Shown here piece after piece: positions 22,440-31,285 of a stretch of DNA of 64,000 nucleotides. Numbering within the stretch: position 1 is the stretch's first letter; every line of letters begins with the position of its first letter. Location: sequence record KT919972.1; one strand, given 5' to 3'. The translations under genes and the position numbers were made by a program. The notes beneath the pieces are model-generated. The model had not been told where the DNA came from. It ran no database searches and was given only the letters and a program-made list of their open reading frames with translations.

Positions 22440-22940
22440 ATGGCACTTAATGTAGACAACATTAAAAGAGCTTTCAGTAACGGTGATTTCGCTCGTCCAA
22501 ACTTGTTCGAAGTTGAGATTCCGTATCTGGGACAAAATTTTAAATTCCAATGTCGAGCTTCTTCTATGCCACCGGGCAGCGTTGAAAAGCTTGAGGTCTC
22601 ATATCAGAACCGTAAATACAACATCGCAGGTGATCGTACTTTCGATGATTGGAACGTTACGGTTTACAATGATGAGAATCACGACATTCGTAAAGCTATC
22701 TTGGCATGGCAAGCTCGTGCAGTAGGCTTAGGTAAAGACATTTCAGGTGAGACGCCAGATCAGTACAAGCGTACTGGTACAATCACGCAATTAGACCGTA
22801 ATGGCGACCCGACTACTTCAGCAACTGTATTCGGTATCTTCCCAACAATGGTCGGTGAAGTTGCGCTTGATTGGGACTCAAACAACGAAATCGAAACGTT
22901 TGAAGTAACATTCAGCCTAGACTACTTCACAATGGACTAA
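22440..22940 (+). CDS. gp19: Tail tube protein gp19
   Basis: GDFARPNLFEV, IAGDRTFDDWNVTVYNDE and LDWDSNNEIETFEVTF motifs. Confidence 0.98.
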   Translation: MALNVDNIKRAFSNGDFARPNLFEVEIPYLGQNFKFQCRASSMPPGSVEKLEVSYQNRKYNIAGDRTFDDWNVTVYNDENHDIRKAILAWQARAVGLGKDISGETPDQYKRTGTITQLDRNGDPTTSATVFGIFPTMVGEVALDWDSNNEIETFEVTFSLDYFTMD

Positions 22941-22945
22941 AGACT

Positions 22946-22965
22946 AGGGGCTTAATTGCCCCTTT
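22946..22965 (+). terminator. Hairpin/terminator after gene 19
   Basis: AGGGGC-ttaatt-GCCCCT followed by TT. The same core occurs at 49137-49158. Confidence 0.65.
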
Positions 22966-22979
22966 ATTGAGGTAAAAAT

Positions 22980-24530
22980 ATGTTAGAGTTTATGAAATTC
23001 TGGGCGAAAGAAGAAGAACAGGAAATACAACAAATCGATAAAAACCCTGTCCGTTCGTTTTCTGCGCCAGATAACGTAGATGGTGCTAAAGAGATTCATA
23101 CTAACTTATTAGCACCTCAAATGGGAACTAACTTTATCCCGACTGACGGTCAATCTGCTCAAGGGACAGTACCCGTAAAAGAGTTGATAAAGGGATATCG
23201 AGCACTAGCAGAATATCACGAAGTCGATGATGCTATTCAAGAAATCGTCGATGAAGCTATCGTTTATGAAAACGATAAAGAAGTTGTGTGGTTGAACTTA
23301 GACAACACTGACTTCTCAGAAAATATCAAGACTAAAATTAACGAAGAATTTGATCGAGTGGTTGGCTTACTACAGATGCGTAAGCACGGCTACAAGTGGT
23401 TTCGAAAATGGTACGTTGATTCTCGAATCTACTTTCACAAAATTCTAGACAAAGAAGATAATATCATTGAGTTGCGCCCACTAGACCCGACAAAAATGGA
23501 ACTAGTTCGCGAAATTCAAAAAGAGACTATTGATGGTGTTGAAGTTGTAAAGGGCACGCTTGAGTATTACGTTTACAAGCAATCTGATTACAAAATGCCG
23601 TCATGGATGAGTGGTTCTTCTCGCTCACAATCATCATTCAGAATTCCGAAAGATGCTATCGTATTTGCTCACAGCGGGTTAATGAAGGGATGTGCTGACG
23701 AGCCGTATATTATCGGCTACTTAGATCGCGCAATTAAACCTGCGAACCAGTTGAAGATGCTAGAAGACGCATTGGTAATATACCGTCTAGCACGTGCACC
23801 TGAACGTCGAGTGTTTTATGTTGACGTAGGTAACTTGCCAACTCAGAAAGCACAGCAATACGTAAACGGCATCATGCAAAACGTTAAAAACCGCATTGTG
23901 TATGATACATCAACAGGTAAAGTCAAGAATACGACTAACGCAATGTCAATGCTTGAAGATTACTATCTTCCTCGCCGAGAAGGTTCGAAGGGTACAGAAG
24001 TAAGCACACTACCTGGCGGTCAGTCACTTGGTGACATCGAAGACGTTCTGTACTTCAATCGTAAGTTGTACAAAGCGATGCGTATTCCTACATCACGCGC
24101 AGCGACAGAAGATCAAAATGGTGGTATCAACTTCGGTCAAGGCACTGAAATTTCGCGTGATGAGCTGAAATTCACGAAATTCGTTAAGCGTTTGCAGACG
24201 AAATTCGAAACTGTAATCACTGACCCGTTAAAACATCAGTTGATTGTAAATAACATCATAACAGAAGAAGAGTGGGATGCAAACCACGAAAAACTGTATG
24301 TTGTTTTCAACCAAGACTCGTATTTTGAAGAAGCTAAGGAATTAGAGATTCTAAATAGTCGTATGAACGCAATGCGCGACGTGCAAGAGTACGCGGGCAA
24401 ATATTACAGTCATAAATACATTCAGAAGAACATTTTACGTTTGTCTGACGATCAAATCACTGCTATGCAGAGTGAGATTGACGAAGAAGAGACAAACCCA
24501 AGGTTCCAACAAGACGATCACGGATTTTAA
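22980..24530 (+). CDS. gp20: Portal protein gp20
   Basis: YLDRAIKPANQLKMLEDALVIYRLARAPERRVFYVDVGNLP and EDYYLPRREGSKGTEVSTLPGG motifs. Confidence 0.98.
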   Translation: MLEFMKFWAKEEEQEIQQIDKNPVRSFSAPDNVDGAKEIHTNLLAPQMGTNFIPTDGQSAQGTVPVKELIKGYRALAEYHEVDDAIQEIVDEAIVYENDKEVVWLNLDNTDFSENIKTKINEEFDRVVGLLQMRKHGYKWFRKWYVDSRIYFHKILDKEDNIIELRPLDPTKMELVREIQKETIDGVEVVKGTLEYYVYKQSDYKMPSWMSGSSRSQSSFRIPKDAIVFAHSGLMKGCADEPYIIGYLDRAIKPANQLKMLEDALVIYRLARAPERRVFYVDVGNLPTQKAQQYVNGIMQNVKNRIVYDTSTGKVKNTTNAMSMLEDYYLPRREGSKGTEVSTLPGGQSLGDIEDVLYFNRKLYKAMRIPTSRAATEDQNGGINFGQGTEISRDELKFTKFVKRLQTKFETVITDPLKHQLIVNNIITEEEWDANHEKLYVVFNQDSYFEEAKELEILNSRMNAMRDVQEYAGKYYSHKYIQKNILRLSDDQITAMQSEIDEEETNPRFQQDDHGF

Positions 24531-24543
24531 GAGGTAGCACATA

Positions 24544-24711
24544 ATGAGCTTAGAAACAATGGTAGCAGCGGCACGAGACGGTAAATTGGCAGATTTTGAA
24601 TCTCAATTTCGCCAAGAAATCGGTCAGCGTGTAGCGGCGCGTATTGACGACATGAAGCAAGAACTTGGTCGTTCAATTACAGTAGACGGTGAAATCAATC
24701 AGGAGGACTAA
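24544..24711 (+). CDS. gp67: Prohead core protein gp67 (55 aa, absent from the ORF track)
   Basis: Translated by hand as MSLETMVAAARDGKLADFESQFRQEIGQRVAARIDDMKQELGRSITVDGEINQED. Follows a GAGG SD and sits between genes 20 and 68. Confidence 0.85.
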   Translation: MSLETMVAAARDGKLADFESQFRQEIGQRVAARIDDMKQELGRSITVDGEINQED

Positions 24712-25203
24712 ATGAAGTTCATTTCCGAAGCCGTTCAAGAGAAAATCGTCGAAGATTTGGTAGAAGCAGTTCTTGGTGGTCAGTTAGATCGCCAAGATAT
24801 CAGCGACACTATCAAAGCGTTTGCTGAAGCTGAAGATATCGGCGTTCACAGCAATAAAGACATCACGAACGAAGTTGAAGTTGTACTTGACGTGCTAAGT
24901 TCTCTTGAAGACGGGTTATCAATCGATGAAGCGTGTGAAAAATTCGAACTTTCCGAAAAGCTAGTTAAGCAAGTTTCTATTGCTAACAAAAAAGCTGGCG
25001 GTAGTTTAATTACGAAGCGCAAAGACCGAAAAACCAGAGCGCGAAAAGCGACTCAAACAACTGGTCTAAGTAAATCGAAGAGACAAAAAACAGCGCGAAA
25101 AGCGGCTAAAACACGCAAGCGTATGAAAGGCACTAGTGCAGATCGTAAAGCAAAAAAATTGCGTAAGAAGTCGATGAAGAAGCGTCAACAAATGGGGCTT
25201 TAA
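24712..25203 (+). CDS. gp68: Prohead core protein gp68
   Basis: Acidic N-half and very basic C-half (RKDRKTRARKATQTTGLSKSKR). Position before gene 21. Confidence 0.9.
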   Translation: MKFISEAVQEKIVEDLVEAVLGGQLDRQDISDTIKAFAEAEDIGVHSNKDITNEVEVVLDVLSSLEDGLSIDEACEKFELSEKLVKQVSIANKKAGGSLITKRKDRKTRARKATQTTGLSKSKRQKTARKAAKTRKRMKGTSADRKAKKLRKKSMKKRQQMGL

Positions 25204-25205
25204 TT

Positions 25206-25847
25206 ATGGAATTACAACTCTTAATTGAAGACTGGGGTTTATCTAGCGGTTGCGCTGATAGCTTCGGTGAAAAGCCTCTTGTTGAAGCGAAAATGCCCAC
25301 GGAAAAGGGCGGTGACTTGTACATCGAAGGTATTTTCATGCAATCGAATGTCGTAAACCGTAATGGTCGTCGATACCCGAAAAAAGTCATGGAAAATGCT
25401 GTATCTAAATACATGAAAGAACAAGTCAACACGAATCAAGCGTTGGGCGAGCTTAATCACCCAAGTCGTTCAAACGTTGACCCCGCTGAAGCTGCGATTC
25501 GAATTACTGAGTTGTGGTGGGACGGCGATAACGTAATGGGTAAAGCTATCGTACTAAATACACCGAAGGGACAAATAGTTCGAGGTCTGATCGAAGGTGG
25601 TTGGGTACCGGGCGTGAGTTCAAGAGGTCTTGGTTCAGTTAAGCAAGTTGACGGCATCAACGAAGTGCAAGATTTCCGTCTTACAGTAGGCGTTGATGTA
25701 GTGTGGGGTCCTAGTGCACCTGCTGCTTACGTTAAACCAGTAACTGAGTCAAATGAAGCTGCTAAGTCAGTAAAAACAGAAGAAATTACAGAAAGTAATG
25801 ACGCTGAATTTGCGAAACTAGCGGAAACGTTAAAAACTCTCTTATAA
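25206..25847 (+). CDS. gp21: Prohead protease gp21
   Basis: LYIEGIFMQSNVVNRNGRRYP, ALGELNHP, PGVSSRGLGS and DVVWGPSAP motifs. Confidence 0.97.
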   Translation: MELQLLIEDWGLSSGCADSFGEKPLVEAKMPTEKGGDLYIEGIFMQSNVVNRNGRRYPKKVMENAVSKYMKEQVNTNQALGELNHPSRSNVDPAEAAIRITELWWDGDNVMGKAIVLNTPKGQIVRGLIEGGWVPGVSSRGLGSVKQVDGINEVQDFRLTVGVDVVWGPSAPAAYVKPVTESNEAAKSVKTEEITESNDAEFAKLAETLKTLL

Positions 25848-25850
25848 ATA
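25843..25850 (+). promoter_or_regulatory. T4-type late promoter (gene 22)
   Basis: TATAAATA overlapping the gene 21 stop codon. Confidence 0.88.
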
Positions 25851-25879
25851 TATAAAACATATTTAAGGAATTGAAGAAG

Positions 25880-26728
25880 ATGCAAATCAAAGAGCAACTA
25901 CTTGAAGCTGTATCGCAAGACGATGCAAAAATCACTACTGCTTTGGATGGCATTTTTGAATCAGTTGAACTTTCCGAAGATGTTCGTAATAAGTTCAGCA
26001 CTGTTTTCGAAAGTGTAATTAAAACTAAAGCCGTTGAGCTTGCTGAAGCACATATCGCTGAAGCTGCTGAAAAGGCAGAAGCAGTAATCAACGAACACAA
26101 AGCAGAGCTTGATGAAGCCGCTGAAAAATACGGTGAACATCTAGCAGAGCAAATGTCGAATAAACTAGATTCATATCTAGACCACGTTGTTGAAACATGG
26201 ATGACTGAAAACAAACTAGCTGTTGAAAACGGTCTAAAAGTTTCAATGTTCGACGGGTTGATGGAAGGCATGAAGAATGTATTCATTGAGAACAACGTTC
26301 ACTGCCCAGACGAGAAGATCGATATGATCGAAGCTCTTGAAGAAAACATTCAAGATCTTGAAGGTCGTCTAGATACAGTTGTTATCGAGAACCGTCAACA
26401 CAAAGAATACGCTAACTACGTAGAAAAAAATATCATCATCGAGCGCGTGACTGCTGGTATGGCTGACTCTCAAAAAGAGAAAGTTTCTGACCTAGCTGAA
26501 TCAATTCGCTTCGACGAGAACTTTGAAGACAATCTAAATAGTGTTATCAAGTTCGCATCAGGCATCAAACTTGCTGAAAAAGAAGATATGCCAAGTGATG
26601 ACGACAAAAAACCGGCTGATAAAAAAGACGGTGAAGACGACGCTGACAAGAAAGACGACAAAGATATGAAAGAATCCGCAGTACCATCTATGGCTGCATA
26701 CTTGAAAGCTGCTCGTACTAATCGATAA
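25880..26728 (+). CDS. gp22: Prohead scaffold gp22
   Basis: Acidic coiled coil with FSTVFES, YLDHVVETWMTENKLAV and MAAYL motifs. Start set to ATG 25880. Confidence 0.94.
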   Translation: MQIKEQLLEAVSQDDAKITTALDGIFESVELSEDVRNKFSTVFESVIKTKAVELAEAHIAEAAEKAEAVINEHKAELDEAAEKYGEHLAEQMSNKLDSYLDHVVETWMTENKLAVENGLKVSMFDGLMEGMKNVFIENNVHCPDEKIDMIEALEENIQDLEGRLDTVVIENRQHKEYANYVEKNIIIERVTAGMADSQKEKVSDLAESIRFDENFEDNLNSVIKFASGIKLAEKEDMPSDDDKKPADKKDGEDDADKKDDKDMKESAVPSMAAYLKAARTNR

Positions 26729-26752
26729 GCAATAAAACGTCAAAAAGCGTTA

Positions 26753-26760
26753 TATAAATA
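26753..26760 (+). promoter_or_regulatory. T4-type late promoter (gene 23)
   Basis: TATAAATA upstream of gp23. Confidence 0.9.
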
Positions 26761-26798
26761 CATCTATAAATTTTAGAACAAATTAAGGAATCATTCAA

Positions 26799-28343
26799 AT
26801 GAACCTAACTGAAAAATGGAAAGAATTGCTTGAAGCAGACGGTGCGGAAATGCCAGAGATTGCGACTGCAACTAAGCAAAAAATCATGTCGAAAATCTTT
26901 GAAAACCAAGATCGCGACATCAACAACGATCCAATGTACCGTGACCCACAGTTAATCGAAGCATTCAATGCTGGTCTAAACGAAGCTGTAGTTAACGGTG
27001 ACCATGGTTACGATCCGTCTAACATCGCTCAAGGTGTTACTACTGGTGCAGTAACAAACATCGGTCCAACTGTAATGGGTATGGTTCGTCGTGCTATTCC
27101 TCAGCTTATCGCATTCGATATCGCTGGTGTTCAGCCAATGACTGGCCCAACTAGCCAAGTATTCACACTTCGCTCAGTATACGGTAAAGACCCGCTAACT
27201 GGTAAAGAAGCTTTCCACCCGACTCGTCAAGCTGACGCTTCGTTCTCTGGTCAAGCTGCTGCATCAACAATTGCAGATTTCCCAACTACTGGTGCTGCAA
27301 CTGACGGTACTCCGTACAAAGCTGAAGTAACTACTTCTGGTGGCGACGTTGACACTCGTTACTTCCTAGCACTTGGCGCTGTTACTCTAGCAGTTGCAGG
27401 TGAAATGACTGCTACAGAATACACTGACGCAGTTGCAGGTGGTCTTCTAGTTGAGATCGACGCTGGTATGGCAACATCTCAGGCTGAACTACAAGAGAAC
27501 TTCAACGGTTCAAGCAACAACGAGTGGAACGAGATGTCATTCCGCATCGACAAACAAGTTGTTGAAGCGAAATCACGTCAATTGAAAGCTCAATACTCAA
27601 TCGAGCTTGCACAAGATCTACGTGCTGTACACGGTCTAGACGCTGACGCTGAACTTAGCGGTATTCTTGCTAACGAAGTTATGGTTGAGCTTAACCGCGA
27701 AATCGTTAACCTAGTTAACTCTCAAGCGCAAATCGGTAAGTCTGGTTGGACTCAAGGTCAAGGCGCAGCGGGTGTATTCGACTTCGCAGACGCTGTAGAC
27801 GTTAAAGGTGCTCGTTGGGCTGGTGAAGCTTACAAAGCTCTACTAATTCAAATTGAGAAAGAAGCGAACGAAATCGGTCGTCAAACTGGTCGTGGTAACG
27901 GTAACTTCATCATTGCATCACGCAACGTAGTTTCTGCACTATCAATGACTGATACTCTTGTTGGCCCTGCTGCACAAGGTATGCAAGACGGTTCAATGAA
28001 CACTGACACAAACCAAACTGTGTTCGCGGGTGTTCTAGGTGGTCGCTTCAAAGTGTTCATCGACCAATACGCAGTGAACGATTACTTCACAGTTGGTTTC
28101 AAAGGTTCTACTGAAATGGACGCAGGTGTGTTCTACTCACCATACGTACCGCTGACTCCACTACGTGGTTCAGACAGCAAGAACTTCCAACCTGTAATTG
28201 GTTTCAAAACTCGTTACGGTATTCAAGTTAACCCATTCGCAGATCCTACTAAGGCTGCTGAAAAAGTTGGTAACGGCGCGCCTGTTGCTGCTTCAATGGG
28301 TAAGAACGCGTACTTCCGCAGAGTATTTGTCCGTGGCCTTTAA
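26799..28343 (+). CDS. gp23: Major capsid protein gp23
   Basis: MVRRAIPQLIAFDIAGVQPMTGPT, KSRQLKAQYSIELAQDLRAVHGLDA and FQPVIGFKTRYG motifs. gp21 cleavage site LNE|AVV. Confidence 0.99.
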   Translation: MNLTEKWKELLEADGAEMPEIATATKQKIMSKIFENQDRDINNDPMYRDPQLIEAFNAGLNEAVVNGDHGYDPSNIAQGVTTGAVTNIGPTVMGMVRRAIPQLIAFDIAGVQPMTGPTSQVFTLRSVYGKDPLTGKEAFHPTRQADASFSGQAAASTIADFPTTGAATDGTPYKAEVTTSGGDVDTRYFLALGAVTLAVAGEMTATEYTDAVAGGLLVEIDAGMATSQAELQENFNGSSNNEWNEMSFRIDKQVVEAKSRQLKAQYSIELAQDLRAVHGLDADAELSGILANEVMVELNREIVNLVNSQAQIGKSGWTQGQGAAGVFDFADAVDVKGARWAGEAYKALLIQIEKEANEIGRQTGRGNGNFIIASRNVVSALSMTDTLVGPAAQGMQDGSMNTDTNQTVFAGVLGGRFKVFIDQYAVNDYFTVGFKGSTEMDAGVFYSPYVPLTPLRGSDSKNFQPVIGFKTRYGIQVNPFADPTKAAEKVGNGAPVAASMGKNAYFRRVFVRGL

Positions 28344-28360
28344 GCTATAGGTAAATCTCA

Positions 28361-28386
28361 AAAAAGCTCCTACGGGAGCTTTTTTT
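28361..28386 (+). terminator. Intrinsic terminator after gene 23
   Basis: AAAAAGCTCC-TACG-GGAGCTTTTTT, with a UNCG tetraloop. Confidence 0.93.
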
Positions 28387-28428
28387 ATGTCTGAAAAACG
28401 TGTATAATCATGGTAAATGGAGAATAAT

Positions 28429-29145
28429 ATGAAAGAACAAGAAAAGAATTACAACTACATTTACAAGATAACGAATAACATCAACGGTCATTACTATTAT
28501 GGTAAGCGTTCATGTGACTGTCTACCTGAAGAAGATTCATACATGGGTTCTGGTGTCGGGTTGCATCGTGCGTATGAAAAATACGGCATTGAAAACTTCA
28601 CGAAAGAAATCGTGTCTTTGCATGATACTCACTTCGAAGCGTATGAGGAAGAAGCTCGTATAGTTACAGAGAATATGATTAACAGCAAAGAATGTTATAA
28701 CATGAAAACGGGTGGACTATACAACTCATACACGTTCACAGACGATGTTAAGTCGAAAATATCAGATTCGATGAGACAATATGCGCTAGATAATGGTTAT
28801 GCTGAACGTATGCGAGAAGTTCAGAGATTGTCACAGTCTACTGTCTCAAAGATGAAACGCGCACTTGCTTGCAGTAAGCCGAGAAAATACACGAATGGTA
28901 AAGCAGATACGAAAGATAATCATACAGCGTATATGATATGGATTCTTAGAAATACAGAAACGGGCGAGGAAATTGTCAGCTATGACGGTCTAGGATCTTT
29001 ACCAATTAATAAAGGTACTGTGTTTAGTAGAATGCAACGAATGGGTATTAAGAAAGATAGAACTTCTCACATTGTTGTTTCGTGGGGTCAAGGGAAGAAC
29101 AAGCATATTGAAGTTGAAAGAATGTCAGCGGTATGTTGGCTTTAA
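28429..29145 (+). mobile_element. Free-standing GIY-YIG homing endonuclease (Seg family, SegD-like position)
   Basis: YIYKITNNINGHYYYGKR...YMGSG..L.RAYEKYGIENFTKEI...EE...YNMKTGG. Start ATG 28429 follows GGAG. Confidence 0.9.
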
Positions 29146-29163
29146 TTGATTTCAAGATAAAAG

Positions 29164-29188
29164 AAAGGGAGCTGATTAGCTCCCTTTT
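29164..29188. terminator. Bidirectional terminator between the convergent seg and cca genes
   Basis: AAAGGGAGCT-gatt-AGCTCCCTTTT. Confidence 0.88.
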
Positions 29189-29193
29189 TGCGT

Positions 29194-30291
29194 TTATAGA
29201 CAATGCAAATAATCGTATGCGATTGACATTCGTGCGTCTTCTAATGCTGCACCATATTCTGGGCCCGGCTCAACGTCTACTTTGACATTGCGCGTCAGTT
29301 CAATCAAATCGGTGATAATTTGACGCTTCACAACATCTTTCACTTGGGATAGCGCAACTTCAAACAGAAGACCTTCTTTGTATGCACCTAGCTTACGCAA
29401 TACAATTACAATAGTCTCGTCGAACACATTTGCAACGTTAAGTGACATCAGCAACTCAGATGCTTTGTCATACTGCTTAGTCGCACCGAACTTACGAGTG
29501 TAACGATTGCGATGATCAAACGATGCCCATTTAGCAATTATCTGAACGTCTTCGCATTTAAATGGCATACGGTTGTAGTACTTCAACTCAAGCAATTCCC
29601 GAGAAGATGGTACAGAACAGAATCCCACGCGACCTAAGAATGCGAAGTACATGTGCGCGTCTTTTTCTGACAGTGCTTTTTGAGTCTCTAGCCAAACACG
29701 TTCTTTCGGTAGATTCTCAAGCATACCGTCGTTGATCATTTTCTTGCATAGCTCAACTGTCTCTTCTGCGACTGTGAATCCCATGCTGTAGTATCGAGCA
29801 TAGAAACGAGCGACGCGCAGAACACGCAACGGGTCTTCGGCAAACGCTTCAGTTGTATGACGGAGAATCTTGTTCTTCAAGTCATCTAGACCGCCGTACG
29901 GGTCAATGACATCATCAGTCGAACCAAACATAAACAAACTATTCGGCGTCATGTCAGGAATAGCCATTGAGTTGATAGTCAGATCTCGCCGTGATAAGTC
30001 ATCTTCTAACGTGACACCCTCGGTTGTGAAAGTGAAGTCAGTAGTTTTGCCGCCAGTGCTACGTTCAACACGAGCAAGCGCGACTTCATTGTTGTTTCGA
30101 TCTAACCAAACAGGGAAATCAGCACCGATTGGTTCACCGTACATAGACATCATTTGTTCGTGTGTACAACCAGTGACGACGTAATCAATATCTTTCGGGA
30201 AGCTAGACCAACCATCTACGTGTTTCAGAATAGAGTCGCGTACTGCACCCCCGACAATGTATTTTTGCATCAAGTTCATTTTCGCTTTCAT
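29194..30291 (-). CDS. cca: tRNA nucleotidyltransferase (CCA-adding enzyme, class II)
   Basis: IVGGAVRD, DIDYVV, DDLSRRDLTINSMA, DPYGGLDDL and FAEDPLRVLRVARF motifs. Start ATG 30291 follows GGAG. Confidence 0.95.
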   Translation of the reverse strand: MKAKMNLMQKYIVGGAVRDSILKHVDGWSSFPKDIDYVVTGCTHEQMMSMYGEPIGADFPVWLDRNNNEVALARVERSTGGKTTDFTFTTEGVTLEDDLSRRDLTINSMAIPDMTPNSLFMFGSTDDVIDPYGGLDDLKNKILRHTTEAFAEDPLRVLRVARFYARYYSMGFTVAEETVELCKKMINDGMLENLPKERVWLETQKALSEKDAHMYFAFLGRVGFCSVPSSRELLELKYYNRMPFKCEDVQIIAKWASFDHRNRYTRKFGATKQYDKASELLMSLNVANVFDETIVIVLRKLGAYKEGLLFEVALSQVKDVVKRQIITDLIELTRNVKVDVEPGPEYGAALEDARMSIAYDYLHCL

Positions 30292-30315
30292 TTTTATTCT
30301 CCAATGTGAACCTAT

Positions 30316-30344
30316 ACTGTACAAGACTAAATAATATAAGTCAA
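30316..30344 (-). promoter_or_regulatory. Sigma70-type early promoter (cca)
   Basis: TTGACT-17 bp-TACAGT on the minus strand. Confidence 0.72.
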
Positions 30345-30348
30345 CCTG

Positions 30349-30356
30349 TCTAAATA
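30349..30356 (+). promoter_or_regulatory. Putative late promoter variant TCTAAATA (inh-like operon)
   Basis: Intergenic, 30 nt upstream of ATG 30387. Confidence 0.6.
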
Positions 30357-30386
30357 TAAACGAATGATTAAATTTGGAGATTCACA

Positions 30387-30884
30387 ATGAGTCAATTGAA
30401 AAAACATGCAGAGTCGTTAACTAAAGAAAAACTAGACGAGTTTGCAAAAGAATATTACGGCATCGAACTTGACCGTCGTAAATCAAAAGGCGCAATGGCT
30501 AAGAAGCTTGTAGAAGAAGCTGAAGGTAAAACGCCATTGAAACAACTACCATGGGAAGAACTTCTTGTAGAGACGAAAGATGAAACCAAAGAAATTAAAG
30601 AAATTTCTGAAGTGAAAACTGAAGTCGTTGATAAAGTAGAACTACCAATCGATGAATCATTTGAACCAATGCCATTGCCATTCCGTCGTGGTCGTGAATT
30701 TTTCATGACTGCTTCTGATAGCGCGGTTACATCTGCGAAAGCTATTATCGCAGGGGATGGTTCGCTTGATGATGTACTTGCATCAGATCTTCGCGTAGTT
30801 AAATCAATCTTGCATTATGTCGAGAAAGACGGCAAGGTGCTAGTGCGTGAAACTCGCAATAGTCAATTCATCACAATTAAATAG
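30387..30884 (+). CDS. inh: Inh-like protein (inhibitor of prohead protease), paralogue 1
   Basis: The C-terminus KSILHYVEKDGKVLVRETRNSQFITIK matches T4 Inh (SLIYYINRDGSVLIRETRNSSFVTLK). Confidence 0.85.
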   Translation: MSQLKKHAESLTKEKLDEFAKEYYGIELDRRKSKGAMAKKLVEEAEGKTPLKQLPWEELLVETKDETKEIKEISEVKTEVVDKVELPIDESFEPMPLPFRRGREFFMTASDSAVTSAKAIIAGDGSLDDVLASDLRVVKSILHYVEKDGKVLVRETRNSQFITIK

Positions 30885-30892
30885 GAACTGAA

Positions 30893-31228
30893 ATGACAAC
30901 ACCAATCTATACTGATATGAACCTTGCAGTCGAACTTGATGATGCGACTGTAGCAGCGGCAGACGCTGCGAAAAGTGGGTATGATGATGTAACAACGTCT
31001 GTGCTTAATCACTCAGGCGAATCTTACATTATCGTAGACAAGCAAACTTATGAAGAGCTTAAAGCTGCGATTGAAACTGCTAGTCCGTTGAGTTCAATTA
31101 CTGGTCTTTCTCAAGAATGCGTTGACATTCTTGCAGGCGCGGTTGATTCAACAACTACACTTTGCAGAGAACATACCAATAGCCGATTCTTCCGAATCGC
31201 TTGGACTGTTACTACACCTGCTGAATAA
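30893..31228 (+). CDS. Hypothetical acidic protein, possibly a distant Inh C-domain paralogue
   Basis: 111 aa with AGGA SD. The C-terminal LCREHTNSRFFRI resembles Inh LVRETRNSQFITI. Confidence 0.65.
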   Translation: MTTPIYTDMNLAVELDDATVAAADAAKSGYDDVTTSVLNHSGESYIIVDKQTYEELKAAIETASPLSSITGLSQECVDILAGAVDSTTTLCREHTNSRFFRIAWTVTTPAE

Positions 31229-31230
31229 TA

Positions 31231-31257
31231 AAAAGCCCGCTCAGTGCGGGCTTTTTT
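31231..31257. terminator. Bidirectional terminator
   Basis: AAAAGCCCGC-tcagt-GCGGGCTTTTTT between convergent genes. Confidence 0.9.
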
Positions 31258-31285
31258 GTGTCTCTAAATCGAGCTGTATGCGTTT

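Noticed and set aside
25786-26295. 169-aa antisense ORF inside gp22, and similar shadow ORFs (e.g. 17565-17894, 18027-18389, 29870-30184, 44131-44469, 52871-53236, 55117-55506, 61116-61598)
   Set aside because: They lie fully opposite well-supported genes, have Ser/Leu-rich compositions typical of antisense frames, and lack RBS or promoter.
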